Origin: a bacterium
Lineage (GTDB): Bacteria > Zhuqueibacterota > Zhuqueibacteria > Residuimicrobiales > Krinioviventaceae
Direction: 5' to 3'
DNA length: 64,000 nt
Assembly: GCA_963675755.2 (NCBI GenBank)
Contig: CAXXMD010000003.1
Location: 1,376,001-1,440,000, forward strand
The position numbers and the translations under genes are program-made. This document shows positions 1 through 9,536 of this stretch, one piece after another (position 1 is the stretch's first letter; every line of letters begins with the position of its first letter). The notes beneath the pieces are model-generated. The model was not told the origin of the DNA and did not search any database. It saw nothing but the letters and a program-made list of their open reading frames with translations.

Positions 1-810
1 AGTTTTGGATCAAGAAACCATAGCGACGCTTATAGCTGGTACAATGTAAAATCCGGAAATCTCTATGCAAATATAAAACTTGTTCTTACTCCCCAATTTT
101 ACGGATATGCTGGAATAGAATTGGATATTCAACAATATGATGTCCTTGAACCTTTTTCAAATACACAAAGCCGTTTCTATTTGCGCGTCAGTCGTTTCTT
201 TAACAGTGGCACCACCCTTATTGCCGAAACCGATTTAATGAGTAAATATTATAGCTCTGAAAGCAACACATCACCTGTAGAAAATTTCCCTGAAATTGTA
301 ACACTTGGAGATAACAACAGTAATCAAGTTGTAGGACTGGTTCGTTTGGCGCAAAGCATTTCTCCTAAAACCGGACTTAGTGGCCAGTTGATGGTTCGTC
401 GTAATCTCAGCAACTCTACACGTTACCTGGGTACTGAAACCGGATTTTATTATTCAGATGAAGAAATCTTTGATGATATTTATGGATACCACTCTACTGA
501 ATTTGATTTAAAACTAAAACAAAGATTGCCCTGGAAGTTGTCATTTACCCTGGGTAGTTCTATGAAAAACAAAGATTATGAAAACCGCCTCGCAATGGAC
601 ATTGAAGGTAATGTTTTTTCAGATTATCGTACACGTCTGGACAATCGTTATACGTATTGGGCATCGATTGAAAAACAGATACGCTTTGCATCAAACCTCA
701 CGCCATTAAAAATGTCAATATCCATGACATTCATCAACAACCAATCCAACGATTTATATTATCACTATAACACACAATATATTTCTTTCGCCCTGGAACA
801 ATCCTTATAA
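1..810 (+). CDS. Hypothetical outer-membrane beta-barrel protein, 5'-truncated by the window edge
   Basis: Frame 1 is open from base 1 (SFGSRNHSDAYSWY...) to TAA at 810. Alternating aromatic/polar strands and a C-terminal YISFALEQSL suggest a barrel. Confidence 0.6.
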   Translation, partial: SFGSRNHSDAYSWYNVKSGNLYANIKLVLTPQFYGYAGIELDIQQYDVLEPFSNTQSRFYLRVSRFFNSGTTLIAETDLMSKYYSSESNTSPVENFPEIVTLGDNNSNQVVGLVRLAQSISPKTGLSGQLMVRRNLSNSTRYLGTETGFYYSDEEIFDDIYGYHSTEFDLKLKQRLPWKLSFTLGSSMKNKDYENRLAMDIEGNVFSDYRTRLDNRYTYWASIEKQIRFASNLTPLKMSISMTFINNQSNDLYYHYNTQYISFALEQSL

Positions 811-834
811 ACCTCTCTTTTTCCAGCATTTTTC

Positions 835-872
835 AAAAACAGCCATTATTTTTAATAATAGGCTGTTTTTTT
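835..872 (+). terminator. Intrinsic terminator, possibly bidirectional
   Basis: AAAAACAGCC-ATTATT-TTT-AATAAT-A-GGCTGTTTTT hairpin with a T run, 25 nt after the stop codon. Confidence 0.7.
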
Positions 873-971
873 CATTGCACTATAAATATTATATTTTAAA
901 TTATTATTCCTATTGCCCTGCCTGGTAATTCAAAAAAGTTAAATATATACACTATGCATTCGGAGGTAGAA

Positions 972-2414
972 ATGATCATTCGTCTCTCTAACGGTAAAGA
1001 ACTCCCAATGGAGATGCACAAGGTAAGAATTGTTCAAAGCTCAAATTTAGTATCAGCAGACCGCAGACTGGAAGCCATTAAAGAAGCCGGATTCAACACT
1101 TTTCTTTTAAGAACCCGAGACATTTTTATGGACATGTTGACGGACAGTGGTACCAATGCAATGAGTGACAATCAACTTGCATCCATGATGGTATCTGACG
1201 ATGCCTATGCAGGCTCTGAAAGTTTTTATAAACTGGCAGACTCTGTTCAGGAAGTTATGGGTTTAAAATATGTTCTTCCAACACACCAGGGCCGTGCAGC
1301 CGAACACTTGTTGTCACGTTATTTTGTTAAACCCGGTGATGTTTGCCCCATGAATTACCACTTTACCACAACCAAAGCCCACTTTGAAATTCTGGGTGGT
1401 ACCGTACTTGAAATCCTTCGCAAAGAAGCCATTGATCCACAATTTGATGATCCTTTTAAAGGCAACCTGGACCTGGACTTGTTCCAACAGGTTATTGATG
1501 AACATGGTCCTGAAAAGATTTCTTTTATCCGAATGGAATGTACAACCAACCTCATAGGTGGTCAACCGTTCTCTATTGCAAACCTCAGGGCGGTTCGCAA
1601 GCTGGCAGAAAAATATGGGATTCCGGTTATGGTAGACGGTAGTCTCATTTCAGAAAACGCTTACATGATCCACAAACGCGAAGAAGAATTTAAAAATAAA
1701 ACCATCAAGGACATTATACAGGAAATCTGCGGTTTGAGTGATATCTTTTACCTCTCAGGACGTAAAAGCTGTAGTGTACGTGGTGGCTTTATAGCAACCA
1801 ATAATAAAAAATTCTATGAAGACATTCTGCCCTCATTGCCATTGTATGAAGGTTTTTCAACCTATGGTGGTATGTCTACCAAAGAAGTTGAAGCCATGGC
1901 TGTTGGTATCCGTGAAATGACCAATGTAGATGTTGCCGGTGCTTCTGTTGAAATGATCAAATACTTTGTTGAACGCCTGGTTGAAGAAGGTGTGCCCGTG
2001 GTAACACCTCCGGGAGGTCTTGCATGTCACGTGGATGCAATGCGTTTTGTTGATCATATTCCGCAGGTACAATATCCTGCCGGTGCACTAACAGCAGCCT
2101 CATATCTTATTTCCGGTGTTCGCAGTATGGAACGTGGTACAGTTTCAATGGACCGAGATAAAGCAGGCAATGAAGTTCCGTCTGATCTTGAATTGGCCCG
2201 GTTCGCTGTTCCACGTCGTGTGTACACAGTCTCTCAAATAGAATATGTTGTAGATCGTCTCACCTGGTTATACAAACATCGTGAACTGGTAGGCGGATTG
2301 AATTTTATTGAGGAACCCCCTGTACTGCGTTTCTTTTTCGGCAAGATGGAAGCCATTGACAACTGGGCAGACAACTTGCTTAAAGAATATCAAAAAGAAT
2401 TTGGAAATATTTAA
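972..2414 (+). CDS. Tryptophanase / tyrosine phenol-lyase family PLP-dependent beta-eliminating lyase
   Basis: Motifs DMLTDSGT, HQGRAAE, SGRK (PLP lysine region), YEGFSTYGG, PRRVYT and LRFF. GGAGG at 962-966 favours the ATG at 972 over 954. Confidence 0.9.
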   Translation: MIIRLSNGKELPMEMHKVRIVQSSNLVSADRRLEAIKEAGFNTFLLRTRDIFMDMLTDSGTNAMSDNQLASMMVSDDAYAGSESFYKLADSVQEVMGLKYVLPTHQGRAAEHLLSRYFVKPGDVCPMNYHFTTTKAHFEILGGTVLEILRKEAIDPQFDDPFKGNLDLDLFQQVIDEHGPEKISFIRMECTTNLIGGQPFSIANLRAVRKLAEKYGIPVMVDGSLISENAYMIHKREEEFKNKTIKDIIQEICGLSDIFYLSGRKSCSVRGGFIATNNKKFYEDILPSLPLYEGFSTYGGMSTKEVEAMAVGIREMTNVDVAGASVEMIKYFVERLVEEGVPVVTPPGGLACHVDAMRFVDHIPQVQYPAGALTAASYLISGVRSMERGTVSMDRDKAGNEVPSDLELARFAVPRRVYTVSQIEYVVDRLTWLYKHRELVGGLNFIEEPPVLRFFFGKMEAIDNWADNLLKEYQKEFGNI

Positions 2415-2422
2415 ACCTGATG

Positions 2423-2452
2423 ATCCCCGAATATAATTCGGGGATTTTTTTT
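2423..2452 (+). terminator. Intrinsic terminator
   Basis: ATCCCCGAAT-ATA-ATTCGGGGAT followed by a T run, between convergent genes. Confidence 0.85.
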
Positions 2453-2470
2453 ATAATACATTTAATAAAT

Positions 2471-3640
2471 TTAGGGTAAACAAATCTTTCCCAATACAAC
2501 CGGCCTTATAGCTCCGGTTGCTGATGGTACATTCCCCTGGGCGCCATGCAGCGTTTCATTCGCCATAATTGCAAAACACATGGCCTCTTTGGCGTCTGAA
2601 GGCAAGCCATAGTCATCTGTTTTATAAATTTCCACAGCTTTAAATAAATCGTGCAAATGCTGCATTAATGAACAGTTATTCACACCCCCGCCACTAACAT
2701 ACAATTCATCCAATTTTACAGGCGAAAAACGTTGAATTTGCTCAAAAATGGACCTCGCCGTAAAATACGTCATGGTTGAAATTGCATCTTCGTGGCAGAC
2801 ATTGCCACAATCACCCAACCTTTTAATAATATTAAAGTTATTAAGGTCAAAGTGCTCGGGCCCAGTAGACTTGGGTGGTTCCTGAGCAAAGTACTTGTCT
2901 TTTAAAAAGATATCCACAATGTCAAAATGGACTTTTCCACAGGCAGAAATTTCACCATTTTTGTCAAAATCTCTTGCATAATAAGTTTTACACAAGTTAT
3001 CCACAATTGTATTTCCGGGGCCGGTATCAAAGGCAAGCACCTTATCCAGATCTTCTCCAGCAGGCAGAATGGTCACATTGGCTATACCACCAATATTTAA
3101 CACAGCACGGTTCTTTTCAGGTGACCCAAATACCATAAAATCAAACATGGGGACAAGCGGTGCGCCTTGCCCGCCCGCGGCCATATCGGCCATGCGGAAA
3201 TCTCCCACAGTTATGACCCCGGTTTGCTGCGCAATATATGATGGATCACCAATTTGCAACGTTGCCGGAAAAGGTTTAGCCAGGGGTAAATGACGGACTG
3301 TTTGCCCATGAGAGCCGATCAGGTCAACATCTTGCATCGCTATACCTGCATCCTGAACAAGGGCTTTTACTGCAAAAGCAAAGTGAATACCTGTTTCCAC
3401 ATTCAGTTGAACCAGATCATTCACAGGATAGGATTCTGCAGAGGCGAGATCTGACAAACGACGATGTATATCCGGGGGATAAGGAATGGTTAGAAAATGC
3501 AGCAGCTCGAAAGATTGGCCATCATCCGACTCTACAATCCTGACCAATGCAGCGTCAATACCATCCATAGATGTACCTGACATGAGCCCAACGACATATT
3601 TTTCAGATTTTAATAGAATATTTATATAATCCTGATTCAT
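2471..3640 (-). CDS. anmK: Anhydro-N-acetylmuramic acid kinase
   Basis: GLMSGTSMDG, GSHGQT, DFR..D.AAGGQGAPLVP, NIGGIAN, FDTGPGN and KEAMCFA motifs. Confidence 0.95.
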   Translation of the reverse strand: MNQDYINILLKSEKYVVGLMSGTSMDGIDAALVRIVESDDGQSFELLHFLTIPYPPDIHRRLSDLASAESYPVNDLVQLNVETGIHFAFAVKALVQDAGIAMQDVDLIGSHGQTVRHLPLAKPFPATLQIGDPSYIAQQTGVITVGDFRMADMAAGGQGAPLVPMFDFMVFGSPEKNRAVLNIGGIANVTILPAGEDLDKVLAFDTGPGNTIVDNLCKTYYARDFDKNGEISACGKVHFDIVDIFLKDKYFAQEPPKSTGPEHFDLNNFNIIKRLGDCGNVCHEDAISTMTYFTARSIFEQIQRFSPVKLDELYVSGGGVNNCSLMQHLHDLFKAVEIYKTDDYGLPSDAKEAMCFAIMANETLHGAQGNVPSATGAIRPVVLGKICLP

Positions 3641-3670
3641 TGCATTATCCGGTTCTGTTATAAACCATCC

Positions 3671-4438
3671 CTATTGATTCAGAATTTTCAAAACCTGGGG
3701 TAGCAGGATCTTTGATGTTCCCAAAGCCTCATCTTGAAGGATGGTCTCGTTGCCTTTCCAGTCTCCAAAAAAGCCACCAGCTTCCCGAAAGATGGGAGGA
3801 AAAGGAGCACAATCCCAGGGATTCATTGCCGGATCAAGCATTAAATCAATACGTCCTGTTGCCGTAAGCAGGTATCCATAAGCATCACACCAGCCCGCAC
3901 GATAATACACGGCATTCTGCAAACGCTGCCATGCTTCCCCCTTTTTTTGTCGAGCAAAGGTTGTGGTATCTGCATGAGCAATGATAGCTTTTGAAAGATC
4001 TTTTTTTTGCGAAACCCAGGCCCGCCGCCCATTCCACCAGCAACCTTTTCCATCAGCAGCACACAAGAGCTCGTCGGTTCCCGGATAATAGACAGCGCCC
4101 ACACGGGAAACGCCCTCAATCTCCAACCCAATCAATACCGCATACATGGGCACACCGCTGATAAACGATTTTGTGCCGTCAATAGGATCAATATACCATT
4201 TAAATGTAGCATTTTGTTGTTCGCTTTCACCAAACTCTTCGCCCAAAATGGCATGATCCGGATATTTCTTTTCAATACAATTTCGGATATATTCTTCAGC
4301 TTTTTTATCGGCAACAGTTACCGGAGAATCATCCGCTTTAAAATCCGGCTGAATTCCCGTTTGAAAATAACCCAGGGTCAACTTGCCCGCGTTTACGGCC
4401 GTATCAGCTGCAAATGTTAATAAAGATTTATAATCCAT
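3671..4438 (-). CDS. hisN: Histidinol-phosphatase, inositol monophosphatase family
   Basis: K.D.SPVT.AD, LGEEFG, IDPIDGTKSF and WDCA motifs. HisN-type versus another IMPase is not proven. Confidence 0.75.
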   Translation of the reverse strand: MDYKSLLTFAADTAVNAGKLTLGYFQTGIQPDFKADDSPVTVADKKAEEYIRNCIEKKYPDHAILGEEFGESEQQNATFKWYIDPIDGTKSFISGVPMYAVLIGLEIEGVSRVGAVYYPGTDELLCAADGKGCWWNGRRAWVSQKKDLSKAIIAHADTTTFARQKKGEAWQRLQNAVYYRAGWCDAYGYLLTATGRIDLMLDPAMNPWDCAPFPPIFREAGGFFGDWKGNETILQDEALGTSKILLPQVLKILNQ

Positions 4439-4536
4439 TTTTCATTTCCTCAAATCATTTTTTAAATATACAAAAAATTTGAGAAAATTTCAGCAGTTAA
4501 AAATTTGCAAGTTCAGCTTCTTACTGACAAACGCTC

Positions 4537-6171
4537 CTAAACCCTTGGGTTATGAATTATATTTTCCAATGTAATAAAAAATGACAATCCATTGTTTTTT
4601 TCAATTAAAAACTCACCCTGTAATTGATGTTTTACAATGTTTAAAACCGTTTTAAGACCTAAATTTGAAATGCTATCTATCTCTAAATCATCTTTCAAAC
4701 CAACCCCATTATCTGATATGGTCAATTGTATCATATTACCAGGCTTTTCTTCCAATGCTATACGAATTTCACCGGGCTGATGATCCGGAAACGCATATTT
4801 TAACGCATTTACAATGAGCTCATTTATAACAATTCCGCAGGGTATTGCTGTATCAATCAATACATTTACAGCAGCCAAATCAAGTGCAAAACTGATATTT
4901 CGTTCTTTTGTCTTGAAACTCACTTTATAATGTTGAATCAAATCTTTAATATATTCATTAAATCTGATCATTGACAAATTTTCAGACTCGTACAATTTTT
5001 GGTGCACCAAAGACATGCTGTAAATTCGTTTCTCCATATCATCAATGAATGTTGTCAATTCCTTGTCTTTTGACCGATATCTGTGCAGCTGCATCATGGA
5101 GATAATCACCTGCATATTATTCTTGGTTCTGTGATACAATTCCCGGATAAGCACCTCTTTGTCCCGCAAAGAATTTAAAAGCTCCTTTTCTGCGTTTTTC
5201 CGTTCTTTGATCTCCTGCTTGAGCTCCTTGTTGACAATGTTTAACGACTCGGTGCGTTCATTAACAAGTTTTTCAAGGTGATTTTGATAATTTTCCAGCT
5301 CTTCTTTTCGTCTTTCCAGTTCCTGTTGTGTCTTTTCAAGCTTTATATTTTCCTGTAACAATTTCTCATTTGCTTCATTTAATTCGAGATTCAATTTTTT
5401 CAACTGTCTCTCATAATGGATTCGATCCGTTTCGTTACGCACAATATCCTGAAACACTTTGCGGCCACCATACTCAATGCATGTAGCACTCACTGATACA
5501 CAAATTTGACTGCCATCTTTTTTTTGATGAATACGATCTCTGGAATACAAGACAATATTTTCTTTATTCATCTTGATCGTATTTTCTAACACTTTGAGAT
5601 GTTGTTCACGTGGAATGAGGTGTAACAAGTTCATGCCTATCAACTCATCATGACTGTAACCATATGCCTTGACAGCCTGTTGATTAGCATCGATTATAGT
5701 ATGCGTGTCAAAATCCAGCAGCAACAGGATATCACTCGCACGCTCAAATAAATCTTTGTATCTCAATTCTTCTTCTTCGAAACTGATCTTTGTACGGATC
5801 TTTTCCAGATCCACTTCTCCTGCAGGCAAAATAAATCGCTTAACTTTGTCTAAAAAATCCTGAAAATCAAAGGGAACTGTAATACTGTTTGCTTTCGATT
5901 CGGACATTTCGTCAGCGTCTGCAATCTTTAATACGGGAATATTGAGTTCATTTTCCAACCGGGATAATATTTCGCTGCTTTTTGGTACATTATTGATCAT
6001 ATCAAATATTACTAAATGAACAGAACTGCTTGTTAATAGATGAAAAACTGTGTCTTTGTTTTCTGCAATGAAAACCGCACTCCAAAATCCACACAGTTCC
6101 AGTTCTGCTTTTAACAATAGTCTTTCTTTTTCACTTGCTGAAACGACAATTATACTTTTGTCATTTTTCAT
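4537..6171 (-). CDS. Cytoplasmic sensor histidine kinase (receiver-like domain, PAS, coiled coil, HisKA_2, HATPase)
   Basis: H-box ELYHRTKNNMQ, N-box NELIVNALKYAF, SDNGVG and LGL. The PAS domain shows DANQQA..YGYS..EL.G. Confidence 0.9.
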   Translation of the reverse strand: MKNDKSIIVVSASEKERLLLKAELELCGFWSAVFIAENKDTVFHLLTSSSVHLVIFDMINNVPKSSEILSRLENELNIPVLKIADADEMSESKANSITVPFDFQDFLDKVKRFILPAGEVDLEKIRTKISFEEEELRYKDLFERASDILLLLDFDTHTIIDANQQAVKAYGYSHDELIGMNLLHLIPREQHLKVLENTIKMNKENIVLYSRDRIHQKKDGSQICVSVSATCIEYGGRKVFQDIVRNETDRIHYERQLKKLNLELNEANEKLLQENIKLEKTQQELERRKEELENYQNHLEKLVNERTESLNIVNKELKQEIKERKNAEKELLNSLRDKEVLIRELYHRTKNNMQVIISMMQLHRYRSKDKELTTFIDDMEKRIYSMSLVHQKLYESENLSMIRFNEYIKDLIQHYKVSFKTKERNISFALDLAAVNVLIDTAIPCGIVINELIVNALKYAFPDHQPGEIRIALEEKPGNMIQLTISDNGVGLKDDLEIDSISNLGLKTVLNIVKHQLQGEFLIEKNNGLSFFITLENIIHNPRV

Positions 6172-6203
6172 TTTTACTACTCCAGAAATTTAATACTATA
6201 TCT

Positions 6204-7940
6204 TTACCAAATAAAAAGTAATCGTGTCAGCAGCCACGTTAACAGAACCAGCCCAACACACGACAAAATCATAATAAAGAAGCCTTTGTAGAACCAGGGC
6301 AAGGCAGGTTCATAACGAAACTCTAAATTACTGCTTTTACCAAAAATTTTATTTACTGCATTATCATCATACAACCTTGTCAGTTCTGTCTCATCCAAAG
6401 TTTCCCCAACCTCTTGAACCATGTCAGCATCAACCATAAACGGCAGCCTGATTCCAACTCGTTTTAACAGATTTTCCTGACCAATAGGCGTACTTGTGAT
6501 AGTATAAAAGCGGTCAAGCAAAACCTTGCTTTCCGATTTGCCAAGCCAACCTCCTGCCAGCATACCCAGAAAAGCAAGACCTGTTGGGATGTAAACACCC
6601 CAGGGTAATGCAACATCGCGATTTTCAAATACATTTCCTTTGCCTGTAAACACAAACATAATTAACAAATAGCTTATCATTCCCAGGCTTAGTGAAATCC
6701 ATACTCCGCTTCTGTTCGCTTTGCGCCACCATATTCCAAAAAAGATAGGTACACCAATAAAAGATAATAAAGTGATCCAAATTTTTACATAATCTGCTAT
6801 TGAATCAATAAACAGGGTAGAAACACCGCCTATAATGATTGATATTACCGCCCAACTTTTGGATATATATAGATAATGTTTCATCGTTTTGTTTTTGTTC
6901 AAAACCCGCCTATAGAAAAAATCAATAAACATGGATGAAGAAGTGGTTGCGTATGTATCAACAGATGACATGCCTGCGGCAAAAAAAGCACAAATAAATA
7001 ATCCTGTTATACCCACACCGGCAGGTAAGATTTGAGACATGGCAATCCCCCACGCTTGTTCCGGATCAGCCAGGTTGGGAAGAAAAATTGCAAACATAAT
7101 TCCATACAAAGTAAACAATAAAGTAGCCACCCGTTTACCAAAATTACCCCAACTGCAAAACGTTGCCGCTTTTTCATCTTTTGAAATCGCAATCCATGGC
7201 AGCATCCAGGGGCCGGCAATTGCCCCTACAACAGCAGAAACATTCAAGGCAATAACACTTTTCATTGGCATACCCGTGGATACAAAATCCCATGTTTCTG
7301 GAGGCAATGCCGTCAATGCCTGAAATCCTCCGGCAGCATTCCACACAACCGGCAACATGATTAAAAACATGACAATTATAATCAATGCTCCCTGAATCAA
7401 GTCAGTCAACAAGGCAGACATCATCCCGCCACTAAAGACATAAGCGCTAACAATCACCACAATCAACCATATACAGGATTGAAGAGACAGCGTTGTAAAG
7501 CCTGTTAATATTTTTCCAATAGCCAACAATATAATGCCAATAAAAAAGATAGAAACAATGCCCCCAAATACAGAGTAAAACAGGGCCGCTTTTTGTCCAT
7601 ATCTCATCTCAAAAAATTCGGCAACATTGTATACTCTTGCACGCTTGAAATAAGTAGAAAACAGATAATAGATAGGTGTAGCCAAGAGAAAATTCCACCA
7701 GTACCATACGCCTGACAAACCAACCTGGTAAGCTTTACCGCTAACCAATACGGCCTCATTTCCTGCCAGGGCAGATGAAAAAACAAACAGAAACGAAACT
7801 GCCCCGCCCCATTTTCCTCCGGCAATAAAAAACTCGCTCAGACTCTTTGTTTTTTTTGAACCAACAAACACCCCGATATATAAAATGAGGCAAAAATATA
7901 AAACAATGACAGCCGTATCAATTAAATGAATTCCAAACAT
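6204..7940 (-). CDS. Sodium:solute symporter family protein
   Basis: About 14 hydrophobic segments with EFFIAG, AEFFEMRYG, YVFSGG..S..LTD..QG and AAGMSSVD. Confidence 0.9.
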   Translation of the reverse strand: MFGIHLIDTAVIVLYFCLILYIGVFVGSKKTKSLSEFFIAGGKWGGAVSFLFVFSSALAGNEAVLVSGKAYQVGLSGVWYWWNFLLATPIYYLFSTYFKRARVYNVAEFFEMRYGQKAALFYSVFGGIVSIFFIGIILLAIGKILTGFTTLSLQSCIWLIVVIVSAYVFSGGMMSALLTDLIQGALIIIVMFLIMLPVVWNAAGGFQALTALPPETWDFVSTGMPMKSVIALNVSAVVGAIAGPWMLPWIAISKDEKAATFCSWGNFGKRVATLLFTLYGIMFAIFLPNLADPEQAWGIAMSQILPAGVGITGLFICAFFAAGMSSVDTYATTSSSMFIDFFYRRVLNKNKTMKHYLYISKSWAVISIIIGGVSTLFIDSIADYVKIWITLLSFIGVPIFFGIWWRKANRSGVWISLSLGMISYLLIMFVFTGKGNVFENRDVALPWGVYIPTGLAFLGMLAGGWLGKSESKVLLDRFYTITSTPIGQENLLKRVGIRLPFMVDADMVQEVGETLDETELTRLYDDNAVNKIFGKSSNLEFRYEPALPWFYKGFFIMILSCVGLVLLTWLLTRLLFIW

Positions 7941-8072
7941 GAATCAATACTCCTGCAAACCGGCTCTGATAAAAAGCTGACAATCATTTATAACATTATG
8001 GGAATTGGTAAATTATTACTGAAAAGTTTAACAAAACTCAAGAGCAAAGTGAACACCATCGTAAATAGATAC

Positions 8073-8843
8073 TCAATCAATAATTCTGATCTTGATGTTT
8101 CTGAATTCAGCGCGCGGCCCTTCATCCTGAATCAGAATATGGCCATCGGGGAATTCTCCCCAACCTTCAAAATTACGATATTTACTTACAGCCAATCGTT
8201 CATAATAGTCCTGGCTGCTCTTTTCTATTTCAACCACCTTCATACCATTCAACCAGTGTTCCAGATGGTTACCATTCACTACAATCCTGCCATGGTTCCA
8301 TTCACCAAGAGGTTTTATCGGCTTATTATTTGTCGCCTTGACCATGTCGTACAACGACCCCATAGTCCTGAAATAATCCGGCTTATCATACGGCCAGTTC
8401 GAATCATCCAGAATAGCATATTCAAGCCCCAAACCATGCCCGGGTGAAGCCTTTAACTCTTCATTGATAAAATACTTAACTCCGCTGTTGGCATGGGATT
8501 TAATTTTAAAATCAAAAACCAGTTCAAAATTTTTATATTTTTTTTCTGTAATAATGGCTCCGCCTCGCAGCGAATCCGGAAGGTCCGTGCCCAGACAAAC
8601 CAGTGCGTCATTCTCTACAATCCACCCGGTTTTGGGAAAATCCGATTCGTATATAGCCCGCCAACCATTAAAGGATTTACCGTCCCATAACAACTGCCAG
8701 CCTTGTTCTTTTTCTTTCGCGCTGATGGAATTGGGATTAACGGATGTATTTATGGTTCGTTTATTGACAACATAGACAATAATCAGAATTACAACAAGTA
8801 AAACAACTCTGACAATAGGATGAAGACGTTTTCGGATACTCAT
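8073..8843 (-). CDS. DUF1080 (3-keto-disaccharide hydrolase family) protein, membrane-anchored
   Basis: GWQLLWDGKSFNGW, YKNFEL.FDFK, ANSGVKY, GSLYD, GEWN, HWLNG and FRNIKIR, with an N-terminal TM segment. Confidence 0.9.
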   Translation of the reverse strand: MSIRKRLHPIVRVVLLVVILIIVYVVNKRTINTSVNPNSISAKEKEQGWQLLWDGKSFNGWRAIYESDFPKTGWIVENDALVCLGTDLPDSLRGGAIITEKKYKNFELVFDFKIKSHANSGVKYFINEELKASPGHGLGLEYAILDDSNWPYDKPDYFRTMGSLYDMVKATNNKPIKPLGEWNHGRIVVNGNHLEHWLNGMKVVEIEKSSQDYYERLAVSKYRNFEGWGEFPDGHILIQDEGPRAEFRNIKIRIID

Positions 8844-8874
8844 TATACCCTCTCGTTTACCAATTAAAGGTGTA

Positions 8875-9513
8875 TCATTCTTTTGTTTTTGTCTGAACTG
8901 AATTCTGTTGAAGCTTGTTTTCGCTAGTATTGATATCCAGATATATCGTCAGATCTTTGTAGGTTTTTAACAACTGTGCTTCCATCTGGACGATCATGGT
9001 AAAATAATCTAAAAATTCATGTGTAAAAGAATCATTATCTATCGTACTTTTATTTGCGGCTGTGTATGCGGATGTATTCATTGCCGCCTGTACCAGACTC
9101 ATACTCACTTTTTTATAATTTTCTTGCAGTGAATAAGCCTGTGATAAACGATACAGTGTATCATAATCCAGATGCTGGGAAATCCCTGTTGACATGAGTG
9201 TCTTCCAGGCAGTTTCCTGTAGTTGAATACCAGGCACTATGGTGCGATCTCCATCAACTTTTTCTTCTAATGTGTCAGCAGAAGCAAGCCGAACCGTTTC
9301 CTGATTGTTTTCATATACCTTTTCAAGAAAATCAATATTGGATACAATTTCGCTTTTAATGTTTTGCATAATTTCATTTACAGCCTGTTGATTGGCAAGA
9401 TTTTCCCGCCATTCGTTAATTCCCAGGGCCAGCAACACGCCAAAAACAACTGAAAAAATTTCAATGAGTATGGTTTGTATGGAGCGATTATTTTTCAACA
9501 AATCCATTTTCAT
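8875..9513 (-). CDS. Hypothetical membrane-anchored helical protein
   Basis: EIFSVVFGVLLALGINEWRE N-terminal anchor followed by a helical or coiled region. Co-oriented within the sulfatase cluster. Confidence 0.7.
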   Translation of the reverse strand: MKMDLLKNNRSIQTILIEIFSVVFGVLLALGINEWRENLANQQAVNEIMQNIKSEIVSNIDFLEKVYENNQETVRLASADTLEEKVDGDRTIVPGIQLQETAWKTLMSTGISQHLDYDTLYRLSQAYSLQENYKKVSMSLVQAAMNTSAYTAANKSTIDNDSFTHEFLDYFTMIVQMEAQLLKTYKDLTIYLDINTSENKLQQNSVQTKTKE

Positions 9514-9536
9514 ATACTACCTCAAATCTTACAAAC

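Noticed and set aside
873-971. tnaC-like leader peptide or riboswitch upstream of the lyase
   Set aside because: No short Trp-containing ORF or recognisable aptamer is visible in this short AT-rich gap.
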